Below, one piece after another: positions 1 to 10,061 of a stretch of DNA of 64,000 nucleotides (position 1 is its first letter; each line of letters opens with the position of its first letter). A model generated the notes under the pieces. The model did no database searches. It was not told the origin of the DNA and saw nothing but the letters and a program-made list of their open reading frames with translations. Source of the stretch: an uncultured virus (IMG/VR IMGVR_UViG_3300036398_005783) (lineage: Duplodnaviria > Heunggongvirae > Uroviricota > Caudoviricetes); IMG/VR virus record IMGVR_UViG_3300036398_005783. One strand, given 5' to 3'. A program made the translations under genes and the position numbers.

Positions 1-483
1 AAATTTTACTGTTCTCAAACTTTGATATGCACTATTTATTAAAGGTTCAGTAAATTCTGGATTGTTTATATCTGCACCATGTTCAAAGAGAAGTTTGACA
101 ATGTTGTAATTATTACACTCCACAGCACATAAAAGTGGAAAACCTATATCACTTTTATTTTTCTCTTCATTTTTTAAGTTTGGGTTTGAACCGAGTTTCA
201 ATAAAGATTGAACTGCTATTTCATTTCCATAACAAACTGCTTCCCATAGAAATGTTGATTCTTCTGAAAAATTAAAGCCAATTCGCTTTATGGCAGAGAG
301 AACGATATTCATATTCTCTTTATCTTTAACATTCCTGATTGCAAATAATACTATTTCTTCTACTGAGAAACCAACTTGCAAAAGAGCTTCTATTTTATGA
401 AATTCATTCTTTTGGAAAATTTCAGTAATAATAGTTCTTCTTGATTCTTCTTGAATTTTTAAGATTTCTTCTTCGGTTGCCAT
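1..483 (-). CDS. ankyrin repeat protein (3' end runs off the window)
   Basis: ATG at 483 after TAAGGA; translation contains GFPLLCAVECNNYNIVKLLFEHGADIN; not in the ORF track because it is open at the edge. Confidence 0.8.
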   Translation of the reverse strand, partial: MATEEEILKIQEESRRTIITEIFQKNEFHKIEALLQVGFSVEEIVLFAIRNVKDKENMNIVLSAIKRIGFNFSEESTFLWEAVCYGNEIAVQSLLKLGSNPNLKNEEKNKSDIGFPLLCAVECNNYNIVKLLFEHGADINNPEFTEPLINSAYQSLRTVKF

Positions 484-524
484 ATCTTTAATTCCTTACA
501 ATAAGTGATTCGTTTAACTTGATA

Positions 525-556
525 CAAAGATAATAAAACTTTTTGAGATATGCAAA
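525..556 (-). promoter_or_regulatory. Bacteroidota-type primary-sigma (early) promoter, representative copy
   Basis: Minus strand TTTG-N20-TATCTTTG. Near-identical copies at about 1143, 2497, 3006, 3414, 4229, 4773, 5323, 5626, 5970, 6709, 7413, 7606, 8709, 10727, 11421, 32382, 37793, 39374, 55472, 58947, 60420, 60654 and 62470. Confidence 0.8.
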
Positions 557-574
557 TGTTTTTTGTTTTTTATT

Positions 575-672
575 GTGTTCGGTTGCGTTCGCTTGGGTTC
601 ACCCTTGCGTGTTCGCTTGGGTTCGCTCTTGCGTGTTCGGGGTTGCGTTCACCCTTGCGTTCGGTATTGCGT
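575..672. repeat. GC-rich degenerate tandem repeat (TTGCGTTCG/TTGCGTGTTCG units)
   Basis: Repeats visible directly; related copy at 6021-6117. Confidence 0.85.
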
Positions 673-675
673 TTG

Positions 676-1116
676 TTATTTTGATTTCTGTGATTTCCAG
701 AACTCATATTCAGCAGGTAGAGCTTTCATATAACGGAACAAACATTCAGAAGCATATTTATCGTAATCTTTTCTTTCAATTTGAATGTTCAACCTTTTAG
801 CCAACTTAAACCCAGTTTCCCATGCTTCCATTTCTTCTCTCATAATTTGAACTGCTGATACCTTATCTTTAGCACTATGTTCTCCAAGTTCAGAAATTCT
901 CCATGTTCTAAATGAGAAACTTTTTGTTTTATGAGTTAAGGCATGACCTAGTTCATGGAGCATTGTATAAACCCATACCTTTGTTGGCTTACCTCTCCAT
1001 ACTTCTGTGATTATTCTCTCATTGTGATCGTATGACCAAACATTGCTGGAAACTACTTCGATATTATTTGTATGGCAGTAATACAAAATGCTCTTATATG
1101 CTAATTCAATATTCAT
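676..1116 (-). CDS. HEXXH zinc metallopeptidase-like (ImmA/IrrE-like) protein
   Basis: TMLHELGH followed by EEMEAW; paralog of 6250-6684. Confidence 0.65.
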   Translation of the reverse strand: MNIELAYKSILYYCHTNNIEVVSSNVWSYDHNERIITEVWRGKPTKVWVYTMLHELGHALTHKTKSFSFRTWRISELGEHSAKDKVSAVQIMREEMEAWETGFKLAKRLNIQIERKDYDKYASECLFRYMKALPAEYEFWKSQKSK

Positions 1117-1429
1117 AGTAGCACTCCTTGAATAATCTGATACAAAGATAATAAAAAGATTTCAAATTTCCAAATTTTATTTTAATCTATCTCCATTCTA
1201 CTCAATATCACATAACATATACCCAGCTATCAATCTGATACAAAGAGAATAGGAGATTGAACATACTAATATAGACAGTCCTATTGCATTTTGATTCTAC
1301 TAAAACTTTGAAGTTCCCAAAGGAAAGAAACATAATCTATTGATCTGAAATTTATGGAAATATCAGAAATGCTTTATCCCCCATATCATTTTGAAATAAA
1401 CCCAGATTCAAATGCGATTGTATTTTAAT

Positions 1430-1512
1430 CCCTAATTTATTTTAATCCTTTCTTGGATTCAATCCCCTTTTGGACTAAAACCTTATTTGGATTCAATCCC
1501 TTTTTGGATTGG
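1430..1512. repeat. low-complexity TTGGATT/AATCCC repeat
   Basis: Repeated ttggattcaatccc / ttggactaaaacc; related copy at 6905-6992. Confidence 0.6.
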
Positions 1513-1516
1513 GTAT

Positions 1517-1540
1517 AAAAAAAGCTCCCGAAGGAGCTTT
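1517..1540 (-). terminator. intrinsic terminator downstream of ardA
   Basis: AAAGCTCC-CGAA-GGAGCTTT hairpin with a T-run on the minus strand. Confidence 0.7.
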
Positions 1541-1542
1541 GA

Positions 1543-2037
1543 TTAATAATCACGGAAATAATGACCATTGGATCCTGAAATATCATACATAAGATTCCGA
1601 GCAGTTTGAGACCAATCAATTACAACCCACGATGGAATGTCTCCCATTTCACCAACTTCATTTGTATATTCTTCTGCAAATTCTTCATCATCGCTATAAG
1701 ATCCGATGTATTTATCTTCAACATCTTTTAAATCAATTCCAAGATCGTGTGCAGCTTCAAATACATCAATATCCCAACCACTTTCTTCTATTATATAAAG
1801 ATTTTTCTCAATCTCTTCCCAGTTATGCAAAAATTCAGGAATATCTTCAAATGAAACTTCAGCTTCTTCTGGTTTGATTTTCTTTATAGGTTCAAAGTTT
1901 TCATCTTCACTGTGTTCCATATTGTATTCATCTGCAACTTCTTGCAGAACATCTTCTAAAGTATTACAAGTAAGACCATCTAATTCTATTTCAAAGAGTT
2001 CTCCTTTGTATTTGACTTCTACGGAAAGCATATGCAT
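1543..2037 (-). CDS. ardA: antirestriction protein ArdA-like (acidic DNA mimic)
   Basis: Very acidic; C-terminal YIGSYSDDEEFAEEY...IPSWVVIDWSQTARNLM...GHYFR pattern typical of ArdA. Confidence 0.75.
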   Translation of the reverse strand: MHMLSVEVKYKGELFEIELDGLTCNTLEDVLQEVADEYNMEHSEDENFEPIKKIKPEEAEVSFEDIPEFLHNWEEIEKNLYIIEESGWDIDVFEAAHDLGIDLKDVEDKYIGSYSDDEEFAEEYTNEVGEMGDIPSWVVIDWSQTARNLMYDISGSNGHYFRDY

Positions 2038-2079
2038 TCTCCCATTTTTTATTTATATATTGATATTGAAGTTGGTGAT

Positions 2080-2463
2080 TTAGTTATTTCTTCCATTCCT
2101 TGATAAGACCTGAATCATTTTCTCTTTTTTGAGTAATTGAGCCAACAGAACTACATTGATTGGATTCGGTTTATTCACTTCAAAACCATGTTCTAATAAC
2201 ACTTCAGCACATTCTATGCTATCGTATATAACTGATAAATGTAATGGGTTTAGTTTTTTATTGCTTTCAACGTAAATATTAGCACCATGCTCAATAAGAA
2301 GTTTAGACATTCGAAAGTTATTCATAATGACTGCAAGATGCAATGGCGTATGTCCATCATAATCCGTAGCATGTAAGGAAATGCCTCGTTCCAACATTTC
2401 TTTAGCTTCTTTATATTCATCTGTGATAACAGCAACCATGAGCGATCTTTCTTCTTTATTCAT
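2080..2463 (-). CDS. ankyrin repeat protein
   Basis: GHTPLHLAV...LLIEHGAN repeats. Confidence 0.9.
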   Translation of the reverse strand: MNKEERSLMVAVITDEYKEAKEMLERGISLHATDYDGHTPLHLAVIMNNFRMSKLLIEHGANIYVESNKKLNPLHLSVIYDSIECAEVLLEHGFEVNKPNPINVVLLAQLLKKEKMIQVLSRNGRNN

Positions 2464-2570
2464 ACTCTTATTCCTGAATGATAATTTAACTTAATACAAA
2501 GATAATAAAACTTTTTGAGATATGCAAGAGAAATTTTAAGAGGGATTCATTACTGAACCCCTCAATGTGC

Positions 2571-2972
2571 TTATACTACTTTAAGGGCTTGTATTTCTTT
2601 ACGGATTTGAGATTTGGCTTTTTCTTTTTGGCGTTTCGCTTCCGCTTTTATGGATTCTTCTCGCCTTTGAATTTCTTTTTTTATTTTTAGAATTTCTTTT
2701 TGAATAGAAGCACCATATTTTGTTTCAAGGAGAAAATGTGAGACACTTGTATTTGCTCCTGCTTCTATAAGGACTATGGCAAGTTCTGTGTGACCATGTA
2801 TAACAGCTCTATGCACAGGGGTTTGCCAAAATTGTTTCGCTAAATCCTTCACATAATAATATTGTTCATTCTCAATATCCACGCCAAGTGCAATAAGCCC
2901 TTTTACTTCTTCTATATTATTTTCTTCAATTGCTTCAAAAAGCATTTCATTCATAATTTCTTCTTTATTCAT
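2571..2972 (-). CDS. ankyrin repeat protein with coiled-coil tail
   Basis: QTPVHRAVIHGHTELAIVLIEAGAN. Confidence 0.8.
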   Translation of the reverse strand: MNKEEIMNEMLFEAIEENNIEEVKGLIALGVDIENEQYYYVKDLAKQFWQTPVHRAVIHGHTELAIVLIEAGANTSVSHFLLETKYGASIQKEILKIKKEIQRREESIKAEAKRQKEKAKSQIRKEIQALKVV

Positions 2973-3044
2973 ACTCTTACTCCTGAATGATAATTTAACT
3001 TAATACAAAGATAATAAAAGTGGGGGAGATATGCAAGAGAAATT

Positions 3045-3380
3045 TTATTCACCATCTTCATCATATATGATTTCCGAAATATCGCCTTCAAGCAATTCTA
3101 AAACGGAGACTAATGCATCTAACTTGAGATCTTCAAATCTATATTCATCTACATCCATTCCTTCGCATCCTAATGATACAGTTTCTTGATTAATCTGCAT
3201 TATTTCAAGATATGAATACTTTTCTACATAATCTGTTAGTATGTAAAATTCGGGGTTAAGCATAATGCTTGTTATTTCTTTTTCTTTGATTATATCTTTG
3301 ATTGTTTGTAGAATTTCTTTTTTTGAAGAATTGTACTGCTTTAACATTTCAGATGCCGTTTTTCTTTGAGTTGTTGCCAT
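3045..3380 (-). CDS. hypothetical protein
   Basis: ORF with its own promoter and CAGGAG RBS. Confidence 0.75.
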   Translation of the reverse strand: MATTQRKTASEMLKQYNSSKKEILQTIKDIIKEKEITSIMLNPEFYILTDYVEKYSYLEIMQINQETVSLGCEGMDVDEYRFEDLKLDALVSVLELLEGDISEIIYDEDGE

Positions 3381-3452
3381 AACCTTACTCCTGAATGATA
3401 ATTTAACTTAATACAAAGATAATAAAACTTTTTGAGATATGCAAGAGAAATT

Positions 3453-3863
3453 TTAATACGCTGATGAAATTCCTGATCTTCGGGCAGATTTTGTTGCTAA
3501 AGCATCCCAGTTTGTTTCTCCTGTTTCATCTTCCTCACTATTCAGACCTTCTTCATTTTCTATATTTTCATACACTCGGACAAATGCTTCAAGCAAAGCA
3601 TCTAACAATTCTTTTTTCTTTCCTGTAATTTCATTGCTGTATGTTGAAGATTGGATTGATCCTCTTATTCCACCACCAAGATAATTTACAAAAGCACCTA
3701 ACATTCTTGGCATCAGTTCTTCAGGTATTCCTAATTGATCTGAAATATCACTTGAAGAAATACCTATTGTTCCTCCTCTATAACCTATATCTACTTGAAC
3801 TCTTCCAATGGTTTGTAATTCTTCTAATGTTTGAATTGCATTCAATTTTTTCTTTGTAAGCAT
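3453..3863 (-). CDS. hypothetical protein
   Basis: ORF with AAGGAG RBS. Confidence 0.75.
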   Translation of the reverse strand: MLTKKKLNAIQTLEELQTIGRVQVDIGYRGGTIGISSSDISDQLGIPEELMPRMLGAFVNYLGGGIRGSIQSSTYSNEITGKKKELLDALLEAFVRVYENIENEEGLNSEEDETGETNWDALATKSARRSGISSAY

Positions 3864-4024
3864 AAATCATTCTCCTTGATTATTGAAAACTATTTTCTAT
3901 ATGGGGTCGTGGTTCTACTTTTGCACATAAAACTTGAACCTTTGCCTTTATTTTCATCAATATTTAGAGATGTGGGCAAGTTATGTGGGGCAAAATATGC
4001 TCTCAAAATTTAGATATATGCTGA

Positions 4025-4204
4025 TTAAATCCAACAGGGTTCGTAGCAATAATATTGCAAATCATCATCTGATACTTCATAGATTTCAGTAAAAGACTGA
4101 TTCTTTTCAGTCAAAATCTTCTCAACTTGTTCAACACTAAAGCGTTCTGTGAAAATCATAACATCTTCATCAGAATCATTATAATTTACAACTAATATAT
4201 TCAT
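4025..4204 (-). CDS. small acidic hypothetical protein (59 aa)
   Basis: MNILVVNYNDSDEDVMIF...EPCWI; AAGGAG RBS and promoter at about 4229; below the ORF-track cutoff. Confidence 0.7.
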   Translation of the reverse strand: MNILVVNYNDSDEDVMIFTERFSVEQVEKILTEKNQSFTEIYEVSDDDLQYYCYEPCWI

Positions 4205-4276
4205 AACATTTCTCCTTAATTTCTAATACAAACATAATAAAAAATTACGAAAAAAACAAATCTTTTCTAAAGGTTC

Positions 4277-4760
4277 GGTTGCTTATACCATATGGGGAAC
4301 TAAGATATAAGCAACCTTGCCTTACATTCAGGGGTGGTCAGGTGGATCAGGATACAATAAATATTTCTACGAGTTCACATTGTGTCGGCTTAGGGGTATC
4401 ATAAACATCAACTGTGTGAGTGAGTAAAGATGACTTTCAAAGAAGCATAAACACATTTTGCAAATAATGAAATGCAGCAAAGAAATCCATTGGTTGCAAT
4501 AATGTTCGATAGAGGAACATCGTGTTATACTCAAGGGTATCAGGGGAAATGCCATTGTAGATTTATAATCAGGTCTTTGACTTTCACCACATACTCACCC
4601 ACATAGTTGGAATTGTTGTGCTGGGAATACACAAACTATATTCATTCCTTAAAGAAGTCTGTATAAGTGAAATGATCTTATAGAAATGTTGAGGGGACAA
4701 CTACTTCGTATCAATTTCACCTATACAGATTCGAGCATAGGAGAATTATTTATTTCAATG
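4277..4760 (-). ncRNA. candidate structured non-coding RNA
   Basis: Promoter at about 4773; no convincing ORF; inverted repeats at 4658-4673/4714-4729 and 4277-4287/4306-4316. Confidence 0.3.
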
Positions 4761-4845
4761 AACTTTCTAATACAAATATAAGGACTTTAACGCAATTATG
4801 CAAATTTTATTTTTTGAAAAAACTCAAAGATATTTATTCGGATTC

Positions 4846-5289
4846 TTACTCTTCTTTTATTTCTTCTATTTTTTCTTCTAATTCGATGATTTCATCTTCC
4901 AATTGTGAGATTTCTTCATCTAATTCATTTAGTTCTTCTTCAAGTTCTTCAATTCTTTCTACAATTTCCACATATTCATCCAGACTTTCTATATCCAGAT
5001 TTTCAGCCCACTCTTGCAAAGCATACCTATATGCTAGTGGATCCATCTCTTTCAAAACTTCTGACGGTAAAAATGTAATGCTTCCAATATGGATTTCTTC
5101 TTCATCTAAGAAATCGCAAAAGCCTTCTTCATAATCCTCTGGATCTACTGTGAAATTCTGCAATTCATCTTTTTTGCCATCAAGTTTTGCTTCAACAGAT
5201 TCTCTTGAATATTTCAAAGTTTGAATTGATCTCTCAACATTTGAGATTTGCTCTTTAATTTCTTCTATTAATTCTTCTTTGGTTTTCAT
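4846..5289 (-). CDS. very acidic coiled-coil protein
   Basis: E/D-rich; paralog of 31821-32270. Confidence 0.75.
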   Translation of the reverse strand: MKTKEELIEEIKEQISNVERSIQTLKYSRESVEAKLDGKKDELQNFTVDPEDYEEGFCDFLDEEEIHIGSITFLPSEVLKEMDPLAYRYALQEWAENLDIESLDEYVEIVERIEELEEELNELDEEISQLEDEIIELEEKIEEIKEE

Positions 5290-5368
5290 ACCCTTACTCC
5301 TGAATGATTGTTTAACTTGTTACAAAGATAATAAAACTTTTTGAGATATGCAAGGGAAATTTTAGTTT

Positions 5369-5590
5369 TTATTTAAGTTTTAAATCCTTCACACTATTCA
5401 ATAATTTACATTGATAATCGACATATCCTTTCAATACTTCAACTGATTTAAGATAATCTTTACGTTTTTTATGAAATATGGGATCATCAATTTCTTCCCA
5501 TGAAAATTCAAAAGCGTGTTCGATACCATCGAATTCAATTCGTTCTTGAATATCTTCAAAAATTTCTAGTTGCTTTTTAATTCTTGACAT
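5369..5590 (-). CDS. hypothetical protein
   Basis: ORF with its own promoter and RBS. Confidence 0.7.
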   Translation of the reverse strand: MSRIKKQLEIFEDIQERIEFDGIEHAFEFSWEEIDDPIFHKKRKDYLKSVEVLKGYVDYQCKLLNSVKDLKLK

Positions 5591-5663
5591 AATCCTGATT
5601 CCTTATATGATTGTTTAACTTGATACAAAGATAATAAAACTTTTTGAGATATGCAAATGTTTT

Positions 5664-5933
5664 TTATTCATCATCTGCATTAAACCATTCGCCATTTTCA
5701 TCTTGTATGATGATTCCTGCGGTTTCTAAAGCATATATTGCCAAACTTGATGCCATTTCAAAATTATTTTCTTGCCATTCTTTGAGTGCTAAATCTTTCG
5801 AGTTGTTTGTATTAAAGATATATTGATTCCATTCGCATTGGACATCTTCATCTTCAACCCAAACATCAATCCAAGCCTTTATATTTTTATCTTGGATTAA
5901 AACCGATTGTGGTTCTACTTTTACTACTTTCAT
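5664..5933 (-). CDS. hypothetical acidic protein
   Basis: ORF with its own promoter and RBS. Confidence 0.7.
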   Translation of the reverse strand: MKVVKVEPQSVLIQDKNIKAWIDVWVEDEDVQCEWNQYIFNTNNSKDLALKEWQENNFEMASSLAIYALETAGIIIQDENGEWFNADDE

Positions 5934-6020
5934 AATCCTAATCCCTTATAGTGTGTAATTAAACTTATACAAAGATAATAAAACTTTTTGAGATATGCAA
6001 ATGTTTTTTATTTTTTTTAT

Positions 6021-6117
6021 TGTGTTCGGGGTTGCGTTCGCTCTTGCGTGTTCGGTTGCGTTCGCCCTTGCGTGTTCGGGGTTGCGTTCGCTCTTGCGTG
6101 TTCGGTTGCGTTCGCTT
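6021..6117. repeat. 24-26 bp tandem repeat GTTGCGTTCGCTCTTGCGTGTTCG(GG), about 4 copies
   Basis: Visible directly; no adenine on the + strand. Confidence 0.9.
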
Positions 6118-6249
6118 CTATTCAGATGTGAATTTTTCACACACGATTTCAAACTCTATTGTATAAATTGAATATAAGCGATTAAATGCTGAATAGTATG
6201 CTGTTATATGTAAATAAGACTTTCGTTGATTCTGATGGATTTATGTGGC

Positions 6250-6684
6250 TTATTTCTTGGTTTTTCTTGCTTCATATTGTAATGGAAGCTCTTTCATGTA
6301 TTTCATAAGGCAGTTTGAAGCATATTTATCGTAATCTTTCCGTTCAATTTGAATGTTCAGGCGTTTAGCTAATTTCAAACCTGTTTCCCATGCTTCAATT
6401 TCTTCTCTCATAATTTGAACAGTTGCTACCTTATCAATGGTAACACTTTCGCCAATTTCTGAAATTCTCCAGCTCTTATAGGAAAAACTTTTTTTACTAC
6501 GATTCAAAGAATGACCTAGTTCATGGAGCATTGTATAAACCCATGATTTAGTTGCCTTTCCTCTCCATACTTCTGTGATTATTCTTTCAGAATGATCGTA
6601 TGACCAAACATTACTAGGAACTACTTCGATATTCTTTTTAATGCAATAATAAAGAATACTCTCATATGCTTTTTCTAAATTCAT
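6250..6684 (-). CDS. HEXXH zinc metallopeptidase-like protein
   Basis: TMLHELGH; paralog of 676-1116. Confidence 0.65.
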   Translation of the reverse strand: MNLEKAYESILYYCIKKNIEVVPSNVWSYDHSERIITEVWRGKATKSWVYTMLHELGHSLNRSKKSFSYKSWRISEIGESVTIDKVATVQIMREEIEAWETGLKLAKRLNIQIERKDYDKYASNCLMKYMKELPLQYEARKTKK

Positions 6685-7068
6685 AGTAATTCTCCTTGAT
6701 TTCTAATACAAACATAATAAAACTTTTTGAGATATGCAAATGTTTTTAATCTTTTTCATTTATTTATGATTTGATTCCCATATAAAATCATTCGTTGTGT
6801 GATTGGCATAAGTAAAGAAAGGAAGATTTGACAGAAAGTAATATTCATAATTTTCCTGATTAAAATTAGTTTTTGATTTCTTTTGAGGTTAAATCATCTA
6901 TTAAATTCAAACCCTACTTGGATTAAAACCCCCTTTGGATTAAAACCTTTCTTGGATTCAATCCCTCTATGGATTAAAACTCCATTTGGATTGTATATAA
7001 AAAATAGGATACATTATCACGAAGATAACATACCCTACAATGAAGGAGAGAAATATGAAAACCAATTT

Positions 7069-7374
7069 TTACAATTTTTCAAGTTCTTCTTTAATTTCCG
7101 AGAGTGCTTCTTCTGTTATAGATCCTGAATGACCTCCAATATGCCATCTTATTGATTCATCTAAGAAGATTGTTCTATATTCTTTATAATCGTATATGGT
7201 AAATATATGACCAGAATTTGTTTCAGCCACCCACTCAAAATTTACTTTCCAACCACCATTTTGCTCATAGGATGCTTTGCCTAAAATTTTCTCTATTTGA
7301 TTCACACTTGCAATAAAAGTATGATTATAGAAACTCGTTCCATTTGTGGCTTGTAAGTTATTACTTGCTTTCAT
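7069..7374 (-). CDS. hypothetical phage protein
   Basis: KVNFEW...FTIYDYK...WHIGG pattern; promoter at about 7413. Confidence 0.7.
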   Translation of the reverse strand: MKASNNLQATNGTSFYNHTFIASVNQIEKILGKASYEQNGGWKVNFEWVAETNSGHIFTIYDYKEYRTIFLDESIRWHIGGHSGSITEEALSEIKEELEKL

Positions 7375-7638
7375 ATTAAATTCCTTTCAATAAAAATGTG
7401 CTAAATTCATTACAAAGATAATAAAACTACTGCATTTACGGGATTATTTTTCAGTTTCCTTTGGTTCTTCTTGTTTCAGAGCTTCTAATAGAGCTTGGAT
7501 TTTATCCAGTTTTTCAAGTGTTTTAGCAACTTCGGTTTCCAAGACTTTAATCATTTCTGTGTTTCCCATATTCCTGATTCCTTATGTGATTCATTTAACT
7601 TGATACAAAGATAATAAAACTTCCTATCATTTCCAAAT

Positions 7639-7836
7639 TTATTTTTTATTTGTTGGATTTAGTAATTCCCCAGCACTTGTGAATATAAGATCATTCTGCA
7701 TGATCTGGGAGTTTTCTTCATCATTTTCTGAATTGTCAGGTTTTTCTTCTCCACTTCGTTTTAGTTCTTGTAGAATTTTACTGAGGTTTTCCACCGCTTC
7801 TCGTTTTTTTTCTTCTAAAGTTTTTGAGCTTTCCAT
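7639..7836 (-). CDS. hypothetical protein
   Basis: ORF with TAAGGAATCAGGA leader. Confidence 0.6.
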   Translation of the reverse strand: MESSKTLEEKKREAVENLSKILQELKRSGEEKPDNSENDEENSQIMQNDLIFTSAGELLNPTNKK

Positions 7837-7940
7837 ATTCCTGATTCCTTATGTGATTATTGAATTTATACAAAAATAATAAAAATGGATGAGATAGGTA
7901 AATCTTTTTTTATTGCCTAAGATTCCATAAAAATCATAGG

Positions 7941-8363
7941 TTAGTTTAATTGAATTGAGTTTTTATTCTTGATAGCATCTAAAAGTAATTGAGCAGATTT
8001 AGATTTTTCTGACATTCTAATGAGTTGTAAGGGTGTCATATCTTGAATACCTTTCATATTAACATCAGCCCCAGCTTCTAAAAGCATATGCACAATTTTA
8101 GGATTATCACGAAATGTAGCAATATGCAAAGGGGACATATCTTTATTATCTTTGAAATTTACATTTATACCTGTATCTACGATAGATTTAACTACATTAG
8201 CATGTCCACGAAATGTAGCATCAATCAACATAAGTTGTAGTGTAGATTCTGCACAATATCCCGAATTAAATTCTGCTCCTTGTTCAAGTAGCATTTGGAT
8301 AGCAAGTGTGCTTTTTGTTTCAATCGCTTCATACATTCTTTCGTTTAATTCTTCTTGATTCAT
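7941..8363 (-). CDS. ankyrin repeat protein
   Basis: MSPLHIATFRDNPKIVHMLLEAGADVN; start placed at MNQEE after TAAGGA. Confidence 0.88.
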   Translation of the reverse strand: MNQEELNERMYEAIETKSTLAIQMLLEQGAEFNSGYCAESTLQLMLIDATFRGHANVVKSIVDTGINVNFKDNKDMSPLHIATFRDNPKIVHMLLEAGADVNMKGIQDMTPLQLIRMSEKSKSAQLLLDAIKNKNSIQLN

Positions 8364-8798
8364 TTGTTTATTCCTTATGTGATTATTGAATTTATACAAA
8401 AATAATAAAAATGGATGAGATATGCAAGGTATTATAGGATTACCTTTATGGTTACAAATACAAAGAGTAAAACGACTACAATGGTTTCAATGGTTTTGGT
8501 TTTCATAGTTTATTTCCTTATTTGGTATTGATAAAGAGATATTTATATTGTTTCTTCTTTCTACTTTTTTCAACTGATTTGGTTAGGGCAAATAATTGAT
8601 CTAATGACATGTGTTGAGGATTAATCGGTTTTACAAATGGTTCAACTTTGATGGCATTTATTTTCTTTTTCATAGTGCTGATTCCCAGATGAGTTGTTTA
8701 ACTTGATACAAAGATAATAAAACTTTGAATCATTTCCAAATGTTATTTAAATCCTAAACCTTTTTGAAGAAGCCCTATTTGGATTCAGATAAAGGAAA

Positions 8799-8806
8799 GA
8801 TATATA
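8799..8806 (+). promoter_or_regulatory. putative phage late promoter motif GATATATA, representative copy
   Basis: Also at 13564(-), 14061(-), 30573(+), 32478(+), 41201(-), 49189(-), 58044(-), 59010(+), 61233(-), 62521(+) and 63167(+); mostly about 20-45 nt upstream of MKY(I)K(L)FE-tagged genes. Confidence 0.65.
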
Positions 8807-8829
8807 AGTGAAAATATTAGAATATAGAC

Positions 8830-9918
8830 ATGAAATGGATATTAACACTTGAATCCTTTACTTCTAAATTACCCAAAAAATACTTTGTTAAATATGATAA
8901 TAATTTGAAGGGTATGATTGGTCCAGATACTTCTCTGAATCACAAATTAATAAATATGCTTATAGATACATTATTTGATGAAGTGATTATACTAGAAGAT
9001 ATGTCTATGAAAGAAATAAAGGGTTGGATTGATTCTATAAAAGAAGGGGATAAGGTATTCAGTTATAGTTCATTACCATTAGATGTCAAGGATGTTAAAT
9101 ACGATAAATTATTGTATATGCGTGAAAGATTGAATAAAAAGGGGGGAATAGATTTTTGGATGAATGATAACTTTACAAAAAGTAAAAGAGATTATTACAA
9201 TCTTTTGAAGCAATATGATTTTATGCCTAAAACATATTTCTCTAAAAGAGATGCAATTAAAAATTTAGAGTTTCCTATCGTTGCAAAACCTGATGGTGGA
9301 TCTCTCGGATTTGGAATAGAAAAATTTGATACAAAAGAAGAACTTGAATCATCAACATTAAAATTTGATTTATATTGTGAATATGTTGAGCATATACATG
9401 AATTTAGAGCATTTGTTTTAGATGGAAAGGTAATTTATATCATAGAACGCATAGCAAAATATAAGGATAAAAAGAACATTGATACAAAGGAAGCAAATGA
9501 AATAATTGATTTTGTTTATATTCCCCAAGAACTCAAAGGATTTCCTTATTTGAAAAAAATTAACAATGTGATTGAAGTCTTAGATAAAAAATTAGGTTCT
9601 CATGTAAAATCCATTTATACTGTGGATTTGTTTATTACTCCTCAAAAAGAAGTGAAAGTAATAGAATCTAACTCTAAATCACAAATGGGACCTTATACAT
9701 TTGCAGAGGTATGTAAGAACTTATTTGATATTCGATATGACACTACTCTCTTATTGGAAGAAATTAAAAACTTGTATCTTCATAATAGTTATGAAGATCA
9801 TAAAAAGCAAATTGAAAAATCTTTGCATCCAGTAAGTTATGATACGAAACCTATTAGTGATGGACTACTTTCTGCTGTAGAAAAATATAAAGTTAAAACC
9901 ATATCAGGACTCTATTAA
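8830..9918 (+). CDS. ATP-grasp (RimK-like) ligase with N-terminal tag MKWILTLESF
   Basis: PKTYF, FPIVAKPDGGSLGFGI, EYVEH..EFRAFV, VDLF, VIESNS motifs. Confidence 0.75.
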   Translation: MKWILTLESFTSKLPKKYFVKYDNNLKGMIGPDTSLNHKLINMLIDTLFDEVIILEDMSMKEIKGWIDSIKEGDKVFSYSSLPLDVKDVKYDKLLYMRERLNKKGGIDFWMNDNFTKSKRDYYNLLKQYDFMPKTYFSKRDAIKNLEFPIVAKPDGGSLGFGIEKFDTKEELESSTLKFDLYCEYVEHIHEFRAFVLDGKVIYIIERIAKYKDKKNIDTKEANEIIDFVYIPQELKGFPYLKKINNVIEVLDKKLGSHVKSIYTVDLFITPQKEVKVIESNSKSQMGPYTFAEVCKNLFDIRYDTTLLLEEIKNLYLHNSYEDHKKQIEKSLHPVSYDTKPISDGLLSAVEKYKVKTISGLY

Positions 9919-10061
9919 AAAACAAAGCCCCCTGAGGAAGAGGAGTTCAGGGGGTTTTGTATGCTTCAGATGAAGCATCAGGATAAAGGCTTTACTTACA
10001 CTACTTACAAATATACAATATCCTTACAAGATTTCCAAGGATTATTTCAAAACCATTGAAA

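Noticed and set aside
575..6117. TTGCGTTCG repeats at 575-672 and 6021-6117 as CRISPR arrays
   Set aside because: Units are directly adjacent with no unique spacers, and no cas genes are present. ORFs 543-800 and 5946-6152 over them are treated as spurious.
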